A stretch of DNA of 64,000 nucleotides from Octopus sinensis (lineage: Eukaryota). The notes beneath the pieces are model-generated. The model had not been told where the DNA came from. It saw only the letters and a program-made list of their open reading frames with translations, and made no database searches. Each line of letters starts with the position of its first letter. Position 1 is the first letter of the stretch. The DNA is taken from NCBI RefSeq assembly GCF_006345805.1, contig NC_043002.1, positions 9,796,001-9,860,000 on the forward strand, in the 5' to 3' direction. Both the position numbers and the translations under genes were made by a program. Below, one piece after another: positions 46,917 to 58,998 of this stretch.

Positions 46917-48351
46917 ATGGAGTTCGACCTGACGTCGAAGGAGGACTTTCCCGTGATGGGAAAAGGTGAAAAAGGAAAATCAAGTACCCAGGCAATCATT
47001 CTCGGCCGCGGTGGGCGGCGCCATGTTGGAGATAGAATTCAAGATTGAACAACTGTACGAATATAGGAATTGGTAAAACAAGGAGGAGAAAATAGTAAGA
47101 AGGAGAAATAAGGCTTGTGCCGCGCAAGCGAAGGTGCAAGAAATTAAGGAAAAGATCGTAATCTATAAAGTGTACAACTTTAAAGAAAAAAAGATCATGG
47201 AAGTAAAAAACGAACCGTTGAGAAATGCTTGGCCCGGTGTGGGATAAAATTCGCCATATAGTGAGAGGTGCACGAAGTGCCACGATCGAAGCACACTTTG
47301 ACACGGCAGAGGTGGCGAAGGAGGTGTCGTCGTTGACCCTTAAAAACGACGACATCATGCTGCTACCCTCGTATATGGGGAAGAGAACCGCAAAGGTAAC
47401 GGTTGAAGACATACCCAGAGGATACGACACCATGTGGGTAGCAGCGGCGGTCTTACATGATGTGGAACGCGAAATGAACATACTGCAAATGAGAAGGAAG
47501 GAAGAAGCGGTACGTTGGAGGGGTCAGACTCTGGAGCTCCTCGTACAGGCAGAGAACAAGATCTTGGAGAGCCTGCCTGACAGGATTTTTAACGAGGATG
47601 GCACGTCCATGAGAGTGTCGGTGGAAGGACGAAGACCCAGATGCTTCAAGTGTGGAGAAAAGGGTCACGTCCGTTCCAATTGCATCAGAAAAAAAAGAAC
47701 AGAAGAAGCGGCCCCTCCAAGTGTACCCAATGCGGAGGGAGAGGAAGCTAAGAAGAACAACAAAACGACCAAGACAAATACGGAAGCAAAAATAGACCAA
47801 ATAGAACCGATGGAATACACCCAAGTTACGCACAAAAGAAAAAAAGAAAATACCCTGGACTCCCCTCCCCAAACAAGGAAAAAAACAACTAACACTGCAG
47901 ACACACACATTAAACAAATCCCCCAACCCTACCCCCACGGCACTGTTTTCATTGGAAAACAGTTTGCCAAGCCCCTCCCCGTAAAACAAGATCCTAAAAA
48001 ATGTTTATTGAAAAATGAAAAAATAATTGCGTTTGATGAAAAAAACGAAAAAGTTTACAAATGCTGCAAACTGTCGAGGTTCATGCTGTATAGCAGAACC
48101 TCAGATGGAAAAGCAATTGCGCGCTTCGCCAAGGTAGGCGAGAACGAATGGAAGGAGGAGGTTCTTCAGGAACACCTGAAGAACCGCCTAATAAGAGATG
48201 TCACCAAGAGAGGTGTTAGAAGGAAAACTAACATAACCCCGGCAACCACACCAACCCAGAGCCCAGTGGCAACGCCGGTCAAAGGCCCTGCAGTAGCGGA
48301 AGAAAGGAAGCAGGCAAAATCAGACCGCCGTGCTCCCTTTCACAACCGTGA
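46917..48351 (+). pseudogene. ORF1 of copy 1 (frameshifted as written)
   Basis: MEFDLTSK start; CCHC knuckle CFKCGEKGHVRSNC. Confidence 0.85.
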
Positions 48352-48379
48352 GTATAGTTATTTCTCTCCCTCGCTCACA

Positions 48380-51300
48380 ATGGCTAAGCTGGGATGCCTA
48401 AACATACGTGGAATGGGGTCGAAATGGAAACAAATTTGTTTCCTGAACGACCTCACGACACAAGGTATAGATGTTGCTATCGTAACCGAGTCCAAGATGA
48501 GCGAGACCCAAGCGTTCTCACCTCTTCTAAATGGTTTCGAGAAATTTATTTCTCCTAGCCGAGGAGGAGGAAGAGGCGTGGCAGTCTTCATCAGGAAGAG
48601 CTTGGACCTGCAGGTAAGTACTGTCTTTCTGGACCCAGAAGGCAGGCTGGTTGTCCTGGATGTGACTCACGCAAGTAAACAGTCCTTCAGGTTGGTAGCT
48701 GTCTACGCCCCGAACGAGGGTAGACAGTCGGGTTTCTTTCGAAGCCTGGAGCCCTTTCTGGCGACGTCGAAAACAGTAATACTAGTAGGGGACTTTAACA
48801 CTGTCCTTGAAGCGCACATCGACAGTGTTGGCTCAACTAATAGGAAGGGGAATCCTAGCCTCAAGGGTCTACTGGAGAGCTTTGATCTAGTGGACCGTTA
48901 CCGACTGGATGAGCCGAGCGTTCCACAGTGGACGTGGAGTAACAACGACGGCTCACACAGATCGTACCTAGATAGGATAATTATAAAAAAAAGAGATAAG
49001 GATACGTTTAGTTGTCCACATTTCATATTGTACCTTACTCGGATCACAAGTTTGTGACGTGTGAGGTGCAATTAGACAAGTGTCATAGACAGGGACCCGG
49101 GTACTGGAAGCTGAACAAGGCTATTTTGAATTGTGAAGACTTCCGTACCCGGATTAAGGAGTTAGTTCAGAGGGCATTGTGCGGCACCGTCATTAACAAT
49201 AGATGGTGGCACGCCCTCAAAAGAGCCATTCGATTAGAGTCCGTTAGATTTAGCAATCATAAGGACAGATAGGGCTAGTCTAGAGGGCGATTTAGTTAAG
49301 AAGCTAGACGAGGCAATGGAAGCTGGCTCTGCATCCGGAGTACTGGCGGCAAGGACGGTATTGTACCGACACCTTGACTCCAAACACGAAGGTTGCAGAG
49401 TCAGAGCTAAGCTGCGCGCCGGGAAACGAGAAGGTGTTAACGTAGCCGGATGGGCCGTCGTGTGGAGAGTAAGAGAGGCAACAGAGCCTCAATAAAATCT
49501 TTGACTGGCGAACAGGGACAAAAGATCTATGGACAGGAGGAGATGCAAAAGTTTCTTCACCAGCATTTCGCGCGCGCGTTCGGGGGTGGTGGCCCGCTGG
49601 ACCGGGGGAGTGCCTTAAGGGACTTCCTGGCCGGCGGGCCGCGGCTCGCGGGGCGTGAGGCGGAGTGCTGTGAGGGAGCGATCACTCCCGCGGAAATAAG
49701 GGAAGTGCTGGCCGAGTGCGCCGGGGAGAAATCGCCGGGGCTGGATGGTCTGCCCTACGAGTTTTACCAAAATATGCCGGATTTGTTCGGGGGAATACTG
49801 GCAGGCGTCTACACGAACTGGCAGCAGAACGGGAGAATTCCCAGTTCTGTAAGCCGGGGAGTGGTGACGCTAATCCAGAAAGACCCGAGCAAGGGGATAT
49901 GATTAGTAACTACAGGCCCATAACTCTACTTAATGTAGAGTTAAAGATTTTGGCCAAGGTGTTAGCAAAAAGGTTGACGGTTGTCGTGGAGAAACTTGTA
50001 GGGAGAGCACAGACATGTGCAATTCCAGGCAGGTCGATCCAGGACAACCTTCACCTTATACGCTACACCTTAGATAGGGTGGGTAAAATAACCGGCAAAG
50101 GTGGGGTAATGGTCCACTTGGACCAAAGTAAAGCCTTCGATAGGGTAGACCATGGGTACCTGGCGGCGGTCCTCGAAGCGACCGGACTGGGTCCCGAATT
50201 CCGCGGGTGGATCTCCGCTATGTACAGCGGCATCAAGTCCACCGTCCAGATAAACGGTTACCTAACAGAACCGTTTTCGATCGAATGTTCAGTACGTCAG
50301 TCAGGGGTGCCCCTTGTCACCACTTTTGTACGTATTGGCTCTCGAGCCACTACTGCGAAGGTTGGAGAGGCTGGGGAGTAACTCAGATGGAATCGGAGGT
50401 GGGAGGTCGGTCACTGCCTATGCGGATGACATCACCCTCATCGTGTCCAAGGAGGCCCAACTACCTGGTGTAGAGGAGGCTATCAGAGGATACGAGGCGG
50501 TGGCAGAGCAAAGGTTAACAGGACAAATCGGTCGGCTTGCGCCTCGGCACCTGGAGGAACAAGCCGATATTGTCCAGTGTTGTGGGACACTGGACGGATG
50601 GCCCTGTTAAGTTGCTGGGAGTCTGGTTTGGACCGGACTCCCAAACGGAGAAGAACTGGAGCGAGGTGACGGGCAAGGTGGAGGCCATAATACGGACCTG
50701 GTCCGGAAGGTCTCTGTCCTTGAAAGGAAGGGCGGAGGTGGTGCAGATGTTTATTGCATCCGTAATCACCTACCGCCTGACCGTCGTCCCTTGCCCCGAC
50801 TCATGGCTTAACAAGTTGGAACGAGCCCTCTTCCGCTTTTTGTGGAAAGGAGGAAAGCCACTTGTGAGACGCTCCGTGTGCTGTCAAGAACCGTTAAAGG
50901 GTGGGTTAGGGATGCCTTGGTTGATGATGCGCAGACATGCGTTGAGACTAAGACATCTCTGGCACCACCTGGAAGGTGATAAGGTGTGGAGTCCGTTGGC
51001 AGAGGGATTTTTTCCGAGACCGGCCTCCTTAGTTAATTTTAAACCCGGTTACATCAGAAGATGCAATCTGACTCCATGGCAAAAGGAGTGCCGACAGGCA
51101 CTCACGCTGATCCACAGGACGGGCAAGGCCGGCTGCGGAAATACCACCTCGGTATTTTATAGAGGGCTGGTAGAAGGTAAAAACGATGACGTCCTAGGAG
51201 GGGCTCTGGGGTTTGATGAAAACCAGCTTGCCAATCTGTTTAAGAAAACGTTCAGGTCGGGGTATTTGGATAATTTCCAAAGATCCCTGGCTTGGCAGTG

Positions 51301-51822
51301 CTACAGGAATGCTTTACCTGTTCGCGAAAAGTTATCACGGCACGGAGTTCCAGTGCCACCGACGTGTCCAAGATGCGGGCTGGACGATGAAACCGTTCAG
51401 CACGCTTTTTTTCATTGTCGGAAGTTGAACGACTTGATAAGTTACGCAGAACACGTGTTATCGCATCTGGGACGAGTACAGCTGTCGGCTGAGTCTATGA
51501 TTAAGATGATACCGCCAACTGGACTCTCGAAGGAAGGTGAGGCATGTTTTCACTGCACGGTTGCAGTGGTAAAGGAATGCATGTGGAGAACGAGAATGGA
51601 AGGAACCGCGACAGGGTCATTTGTCTCCGGCCCGGCTTGCTCACCTACTTCAGATATCATCTGAGAAGCAAGATGGGACTGGAGAGGAGGACCCTGCCGC
51701 GGGGAGTGTATGCGAATAGATGGAAGGAAGTGGAAAGAAAGGTGGGTACGAGAGGCCAGCTTGACCATGGAGGAGAGAGAGGAAGTGGAAGCTGCAGGGC
51801 CTCAACAATTGCCGGGGTGTGA
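48380..51822 (+). pseudogene. ORF2 of copy 1: APE endonuclease, RT and C-terminal Zn finger (frameshifted as written)
   Basis: LNIRG, VYAP, GDFN, YLDRI; SPGLDGL, YRPITLL, DQSKAFDRV, YADD; CPRCG...HAFFHC. Confidence 0.9.
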
Positions 51823-52232
51823 AAGCTCCAGTAAAATCACAAAGGTCAGCTACAAGTGTTTGTAACATTAGTTACGCAAAAACTATTACTTATAACGAAT
51901 ACAAACGAAACTTTTTTAATCGATTCTCTTAAATTTTCTTGTATGTATGTATGTCCTGTATTCGTCCTTTCTATGTATTAATTTTTATAATTGTAATAAA
52001 GAGATACACTTCTATTTCCTGTCATTTGCGGAGCAGTTTGTTGGCTGTTTCTTGTTTGCGTTTTGCGTTGTGAGAAATTGCTGCTGCTATTTGAGAGAAT
52101 TCGAAGTTATAATATCATTGTTTGTGTAAACTGTTCTGAACAGTACCCGTCGTAAAACGATAATTTTCGCCCTACGGGGCAGAAAATTTTGCACTAACCA
52201 TATTCTTGTTACCTTAAAGGTAACTTTCAGAG

Positions 52233-53660
52233 ATGGAGTTCGACCTGACGTCGAAGGAGGACTTTCCCGTGATGGGAAAAGGTGAAAAAGAGGAAAATCA
52301 AGTACCCAGGCAATCATTCTCGGCCGCGGTGGGCGGCGCCATGTTGGAGATAGAATTCAAGATTGAACAACTGTACGAATATAGGAATTTGGTAAAACTA
52401 GAAGGAGGAGAAATAAGGCTTGTGCCGCCGCAAGCGAAGGTGCAAGAAATTAAGGAAAAGATCGTAATCTATAAAGTGTACAACTTTAAAGAAAAAAAGA
52501 TCATGGAAGATAAAAAACGAAACCGTTGAGAAATGCTTGGCCCCGGTGTGGGATAAAATTCGCCATATAGTGAGAGGTGCACGAAGTGCCACGATCGAAG
52601 CACACTTTGACACGGCAGAGGTGGCGAAGGAGGTGGTGTCGTCGTGACCCTTAAAAACGACGACATCATGCTGCTACCCTCGTATATGGGGAAGAGAACC
52701 GCAAAGGTAACGGTTGAAGACATACCCAGAGGATACGACACCATGTGGGTAGCAGCGGCGGTCTTACATGATGTGGAACGCGAAATGAACATACTGCAAA
52801 TGAGAAGGAAGGAAGCGGTACGTTGGAGGGGTCAGACTCTGGAGCTCCTCGTACAGGCAGAGAACAAGATCTTGGAGAGCCTGCCTGACAGGATTTTTAA
52901 CGAGGATGGCACGTCCATGAGAGTGTCGGTGGAAGGACGAAGACCCAGATGCTTCAAGTGTGGAGAAAAGGGTCACGTCCGTTCCAATTGCATCAGAAAA
53001 AAAAGAACAGAAGAAGCGGCCCCTCCAAGTGTACCCAATGCGGAGGGAGAGGAAGCTAAGAAGAACAACAAAACGACCAAGACAAATACGGAAGCAAAAA
53101 TAGACCAAATAGAACCGATGGAATACACCCAAGTTACGCACAAAAGAAAAAAAGAAAATACCCTGGACTCCCCTCCCCAAACAAGGAAAAAAACAACTAA
53201 CACTGCAGACACACACATTAAACAAATCCCCCAACCCTACCCCCACGGCACTGTTTTCATTGGAAAACAGTTTGCCAAGCCCCTCCCCGTAAAACAAGAT
53301 CCTAAAAAATGTTTATTGAAAAATGAAAAAATAATTGCGTTTGATGAAAAAAACGAAAAAGTTTACAAATGCTGCAAACTGTCGAGGTTCATGCTGTATA
53401 GCAGAACCTCAGATGGAAAAGCAATTGCGCGCTTCGCCAAGGTAGGCGAGAACGAATGGAAGGAGGAGGTTCTTCAGGAACACCTGAAGAACCGCCTAAT
53501 AAGAGATGTCACCAAAGAGGTGTTAGAAGGAAAACTAACAATAACCCCGGCAACCACACCAACCCAGAGCCCAGTGGCAACGCCGGTCAAAGGCCCTGCA
53601 GTAGCGGAAGAAAGGGAAGCAGGCAAAATCAGACCGCCGTGCTCCCTTTCACAACCGTGA
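52233..53660 (+). pseudogene. ORF1 of copy 2 (frameshifted as written)
   Basis: ORF track pieces 52233-52529 and 52644-53660. Confidence 0.85.
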
Positions 53661-53688
53661 GTATAGTTATTTCTCTCCCTCGCTCACA

Positions 53689-56600
53689 ATGGCCAAGCTG
53701 GGATGCCTAAACATACGTGGAATGGGGTCGAAATGGAAACAAATTTGTTTCCTGAACGACCTCACGACACAAGGTATAGATGTTGCTATCGTAACCGAGT
53801 CCAAGATGAGCGAGACCCAAGCGTTCTCACCTCTTCTAAATGGTTTCGAGAAATTTATTTCTCCTAGCCGAGGAGGAGGAAGAGGCGTGGCAGTCTTCAT
53901 CAGGAAGAGCTTGGACCTGCAGGTAAGTACTGTCTTTCTGGACCCAGAAGGCAGGCTGGTTGTCCTGGATGTGACTCACGCAAGTAAACAGTCCTTCAGG
54001 TTGGTAGCTGTCTACGCCCCGAACGAGGGTAGACAGTCGGGTTTCTTTCGAAGCCTGGAGCCCTTTCTGGCGACGTCGAAAACAGTAATACTAGTAGGGG
54101 ACTTTAACACTGTCCTTGAAGCGCACATCGACAGTGTTGGCTCAACTAATAGGAAGGGGAATCCTAGCCTCAAGGGTCTACTGGAGAGCTTTGATCTAGT
54201 GGACCGTTACCGACTGGATGAGCCGAGCGTTCCACAGTGGACGTGGAGTAGAGTAACAACGGCTCACACAGATCGTACCTAGATAGGATAATTATAAAAA
54301 AAAGAGATAAGGATACGTTTAGTTGTCCACAATTTCATATTGTACCTTACTCGGATCACAAGTTTGTGACGTGTGAGGTGCAATTAGACAAGTGTCATAG
54401 ACAGGGACCCGGGTACTGGAAGCTGAACAAGGCTATTTTGAATTGTGAAGACTTCCGTACCCGGATTAAGGAGTTAGTTCAGAGGGCATTGTGCGGCACC
54501 GTCATTAACAATAGATGGTGGCACGCCCTCAAAAGAGCCATTCGATTAGAGTCCGTTAGATTTAGCAATCAGATAAGGACAGATAGGGCTAGTCTAGAGG
54601 GCGATTTAGTTAAGAAGCTAGACGAGGCAATGGAAGCTGGCTCTGCATCCGGAGTACTGGCGGCAAGGACGGTATTGTACCGACACCTTGACTCCAAACA
54701 CGAAGGTTGCAGAGTCAGAGCTAAGCTGCGCGCCGGGAAACGAGAAGGTGTTAACGTAGCCGGATGGGCCCGTCGTGTGGAGAGTAAGAGAGGCAACAGA
54801 GCCTCAATAAAATCTTTGACTGGCGAACAGGGACAAAAGATCTATGGACAGGAGGAGATGCAAAAGTTTCTTCACCAGCATTTCGCGCGCGCGTTCGGGG
54901 GTGGTGGCCCGCTGGACCGGGGGAGTGCCTTAAGGGACTTCCTGGCCGGCGGGCCGCGGCTCGCGGGGCGTGAGGCGGAGTGCTGTGAGGGAGCGATCAC
55001 TCCCGCGGAAATAAGGGAAGTGCTGGCCGAGTGCGCCGGGGAGAAATCGCCGGGGCTGGATGGTCTGCCCTACGAGTTTTACCAAAATATGCCGGATTTG
55101 TTCGGGGGAATACTGGCAGGCGTCTACACGAACTGGCAGCAGAACGGGAGAATTCCCAGTTCTGTAAGCCGGGGAGTGGTGACGCTAATCCAGAAAGACC
55201 CGAGCAAAGGGGATATGATTAGTAACTACAGGCCCATAACTCTACTTAATGTAGAGTTAAAGATTTTGGCCAAGGTGTTAGCAAAAAGGTTGACGGTTGT
55301 CGTGGAGAAACTTGTAGGGAGAGCACAGACATGTGCAATTCCAGGCAGGTCGATCCAGGACAACCTTCACCTTATACGCTACACCTTAGATAGGGTGGGT
55401 AAAATAACCGGCAAAGGTGGGGTAATGGTCCACTTGGACCAAAGTAAAGCCTTCGATAGGGTAGACCATGGGTACCTGGCGGCGGTCCTCGAAGCGACCG
55501 GACTGGGTCCCGAATTCCGCGGGTGGATCTCCGCTATGTACAGCGGCATCAAGTCCACCGTCAGATAAACGGTTACCTAACAGAACCGTTTTCGATCGAA
55601 TGTTCAGTACGTCAGGGGTGCCCCTTGTCACCACTTTTGTACGTATTGGCTCTCGAGCCACTACTGCGAAGGTTGGAGAGGCTGGGGAGTAACTCAGATG
55701 GAATCGGAGGTGGGAGGTCGGTCACTGCCTATGCGGATGACATCACCCTCATCGTGTCCAAGGAGGCCCAACTACCTGGTGTAGAGGAGGCTATCAGAGG
55801 ATACGAGGCGGTGGCAGGAGCAAAGGTTAACAGGGACAAATCGGTCGGCTTGCGCCTCGGCACCTGGAGGAACAAGCCGATATTGTCCAGTGTTGTGGGA
55901 CACTGGACGGATGGCCCTGTTAAGTTGCTGGGAGTCTGGTTTGGACCGGACTCCCAAACGGAGAAGAACTGGAGCGAGGTGACGGGCAAGGTGGAGGCCA
56001 TAATACGGACCTGGTCCGGAAGGTCTCTGTCCTTGAAAGGAAGGGCGGAGGTGGTGCAGATGTTTATTGCATCCGTAATCACCTACCGCCTGACCGTCGT
56101 CCCTTGCCCCGACTCATGGCTTAACAAGTTGGAACGAGCCCTCTTCCGCTTTTTGTGGAAAGGAGGAAAGCCACTTGTGAGACGCTCCGTGTGCTGTCAA
56201 GAACCGTTAAAGGGTGGGTTAGGGATGCCTTGGTTGATGATGCGCAGACATGCGTTGAGACTAAGACATCTCTGGCACCACCTGGAAGGTGATAAGGTGT
56301 GGAGTCCGTTGGCAGAGGGATTTTTTCCGAGACCGGCCTCCTTAGTTAATTTTAAACCCGGTTACATCAGAAGATGCAATCTGACTCCATGGCAAAAGGA
56401 GTGCCGACAGGCACTCACGCTGATCCACAGGACGGGCAAGGCCGGCTGCGGAAATACCACCTCGGTAATTTATAGAGGGCTGGTAGAAGGTAAAAACGAT
56501 GACGTCCTAGGAGGGGCTCTGGGGTTTGATGAAAACCAGCTTGCCAATCTGTTTAAGAAAACGTTCAGGTCGGGGTATTTGGATAATTTCCAAAGATCCC

Positions 56601-57136
56601 TGGCTTGGCAGTGCTACAGGAATGCTTTACCTGTTCGCGAAAAGTTATCACGGCACGGAGTTCCAGTGCCACCGACGTGTCCAAGATGCGGGCTGGACGA
56701 TGAAACCGTTCAGCACGCTTTTTTTCATTGTCGGAAGTTGAACGACTTGATAAGTTACGCAGAACACGTGTTATCGCATCTGGGACGAGTACAGCTGTCG
56801 GCTGAGTCTATGATTAAGATGATACCGCCAACTGGACTCTCGAAGGAAGGTGAGGCATGTTTTCACTGCACGGTTGCAGTGGTAAAGGAATGCATGTGGA
56901 GAACGAGAATGGAAGGAACCGCGACAGGGTCATTTGTCTCCGGGCCCGGCTTGCTCACCTACTTCAGATATCATCTGAGAAGCAAGATGGGACTGGAGAG
57001 GAGGACCCTGCGCGGGGAGTGTATGCGAATAGATGGAAGGAAGTGGAAAGAAAGGTGGGTACGAGAAGGCCAGCTTGACCATGGAGGAGAGAGAGGAAGT
57101 GGAAGCTGCAGGGCCTCAACAATTGCCGGGGTGTGA
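53689..57136 (+). pseudogene. ORF2 of copy 2 (frameshifted as written)
   Basis: Pieces 53689-54282, 54366-55568 and 55523-57136 carry APE, RT (RQGCPLSPLLY, YADD) and the Zn finger. Confidence 0.9.
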
Positions 57137-57543
57137 AAGCTCCAGTAAAATCACAAAGGTCAGCTACAAGTGTTTGTAACACTAGTTACGCAAAAACTAT
57201 TACTTATAACGAATACAAACGAAACTTTTTTAATCGATTCTCTTAAATTTTCTTGTATGTATGTATGTCCTGTATTCGTCCTTTCTATGTATTAATTTTT
57301 ATAATTGTAATAAGAGATACACTTCTATTTCTGTATTTGCGGAGCAGTTTGTTGCTGTTTCTTGTTTGCGTTTTGCGTTGTGTGAGAAATTGCTGCTGCT
57401 ATTTGAGAGAATTCGAAGTTATAATATCATTGTTTGTGTAAACTGTTCTGAACAGTACCCGTCGTAAAACGATAATTTTCGCCCTACGGGGCAGAAAATT
57501 TTGCACTAACCATATTCTTGTTACCTTAAAGGTAACTTCAGAG

Positions 57544-58970
57544 ATGGAGTTCGACCTGACGTCGAAGGAGGACTTTCCCGTGATGGGAAAAGGTGAAAAA
57601 GAGGAAAATCAAGTACCCAGGCAATCATTCTCGGCCGCGGTGGGCGGCGCCATGTTGGAGATAGAATTCAAGATTGAACAACTGTACGAATATAGGAATT
57701 TGGTAAAACTAGAAGGAGGAGAAATAAGGCTTGTGCCGCCGCAAGCGAAGGTGCAAGAAATTAAGGAAAAGATCGTAATCTATAAAGTGTACAACTTTAA
57801 AGAAAAAAAGATCATGGAAGTAAAAAACGAAACCGTTGAGAAATGCTTGGCCCCGGTGTGGGATAAAATTCGCCATATAGTGAGAGGTGCACGAAGTGCC
57901 ACGATCGAAGCACACTTTGACACGGCAGAGGTGGCGAAGGAGTGAGTGTCGTCGTTGACCCTTAAAAACGACGACATCATGCTGCTACCCTCGTATATGG
58001 GGAAGAGAACCGCAAAGGTAACGGTTGAAGACATACCCAGAGGATACGACACCATGTGGGTAGCAGCGGCGGTCTTACATGATGTGGAACGCGAAATGAA
58101 CATACTGCAAATGAGAAGGAAGGAAGCGGTACGTTGGAGGGGTCAGACTCTGGAGCTCCTCGTACAGGCAGAGAACAAGATCTTGGAGAGCCTGCCTGAC
58201 AGGATTTTTAACGAGGATGGCACGTCCATGAGAGTGTCGGTGGAAGGACGAAGACCCAGATGCTTCAAGTGTGGAGAAAAGGGTCACGTCCGTTCCAATT
58301 GCATCAGAAAAAAAAGAACAGAAGAAGCGGCCCCTCCAAGTGTACCCAATGCGGAGGGAGAGGAAGCTAAGAAGAACAACAAAACGACCAAGACAAATAC
58401 GGAAGCAAAAATAGACCAAATAGAACCGATGGAATACACCCAAGTTACGCACAAAAGAAAAAAGAAAATACCCTGGACTCCCCTCCCCAAACAAGGAAAA
58501 AAACAACTAACACTGCAGACACACACATTAAACAAATCCCCCAACCCTACCCCCACGGCACTGTTTTCATTGGAAAACAGTTTGCCAAGCCCCTCCCCGT
58601 AAAACAAGATCCTAAAAAATGTTTATTGAAAAATGAAAAAATAATTGCGTTTGATGAAAAAAACGAAAAAGTTTACAAATGCTGCAAACTGTCGAGGTTC
58701 ATGCTGTATAGCAGAACCTCAGATGGAAAAGCAATTGCGCGCTTCGCCAAGGTAGGCGAGAACGAATGGAAGGAGGAGGTTCTTCAGGAACACCTGAAGA
58801 ACCGCCTAATAAGAGATGTCACCAAAGAGGTGTTAGAAGGAAAACTAACAATAACCCCGGCAACCACACCAACCCAGAGCCCAGTGGCAACGCCGGTCAA
58901 AGGCCCTGCAGTAGCGGAAGAAAGGGAAGCAGGCAAAATCAGACCGCCGTGCTCCCTTTCACAACCGTGA
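57544..58970 (+). pseudogene. ORF1 of copy 3 (frameshifted as written)
   Basis: Pieces 57544-57945, 57946-58602 and 58626-58970. Confidence 0.85.
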
Positions 58971-58998
58971 GTATAGTTATTTCTCTCCCTCGCTCACA

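Larger units (their letters stand above)
46706..52007 (+). mobile_element. Full-length Tx1-clade LINE (Tx1-B), copy 1
   Basis: 5' UTR, ORF1, ORF2 and a 3' UTR ending AATAAAGAGATAC with no poly(A); preceded by ACTTCTATTTCCTG (46692-46705). Confidence 0.95.
52022..57320 (+). mobile_element. Full-length Tx1-B LINE, copy 2
   Basis: Near-identical to copy 1 (period ~5.31 kb); spacer ACTTCTATTTCCTG at 52008-52021. Confidence 0.95.

Noticed and set aside
47225-49057. 610-aa ORF1-ORF2 fusion in LINE copy 1
   Set aside because: Copies 2 and 3 keep ORF1 and ORF2 separate; the fusion arises from copy-specific indels near 48220-48310.
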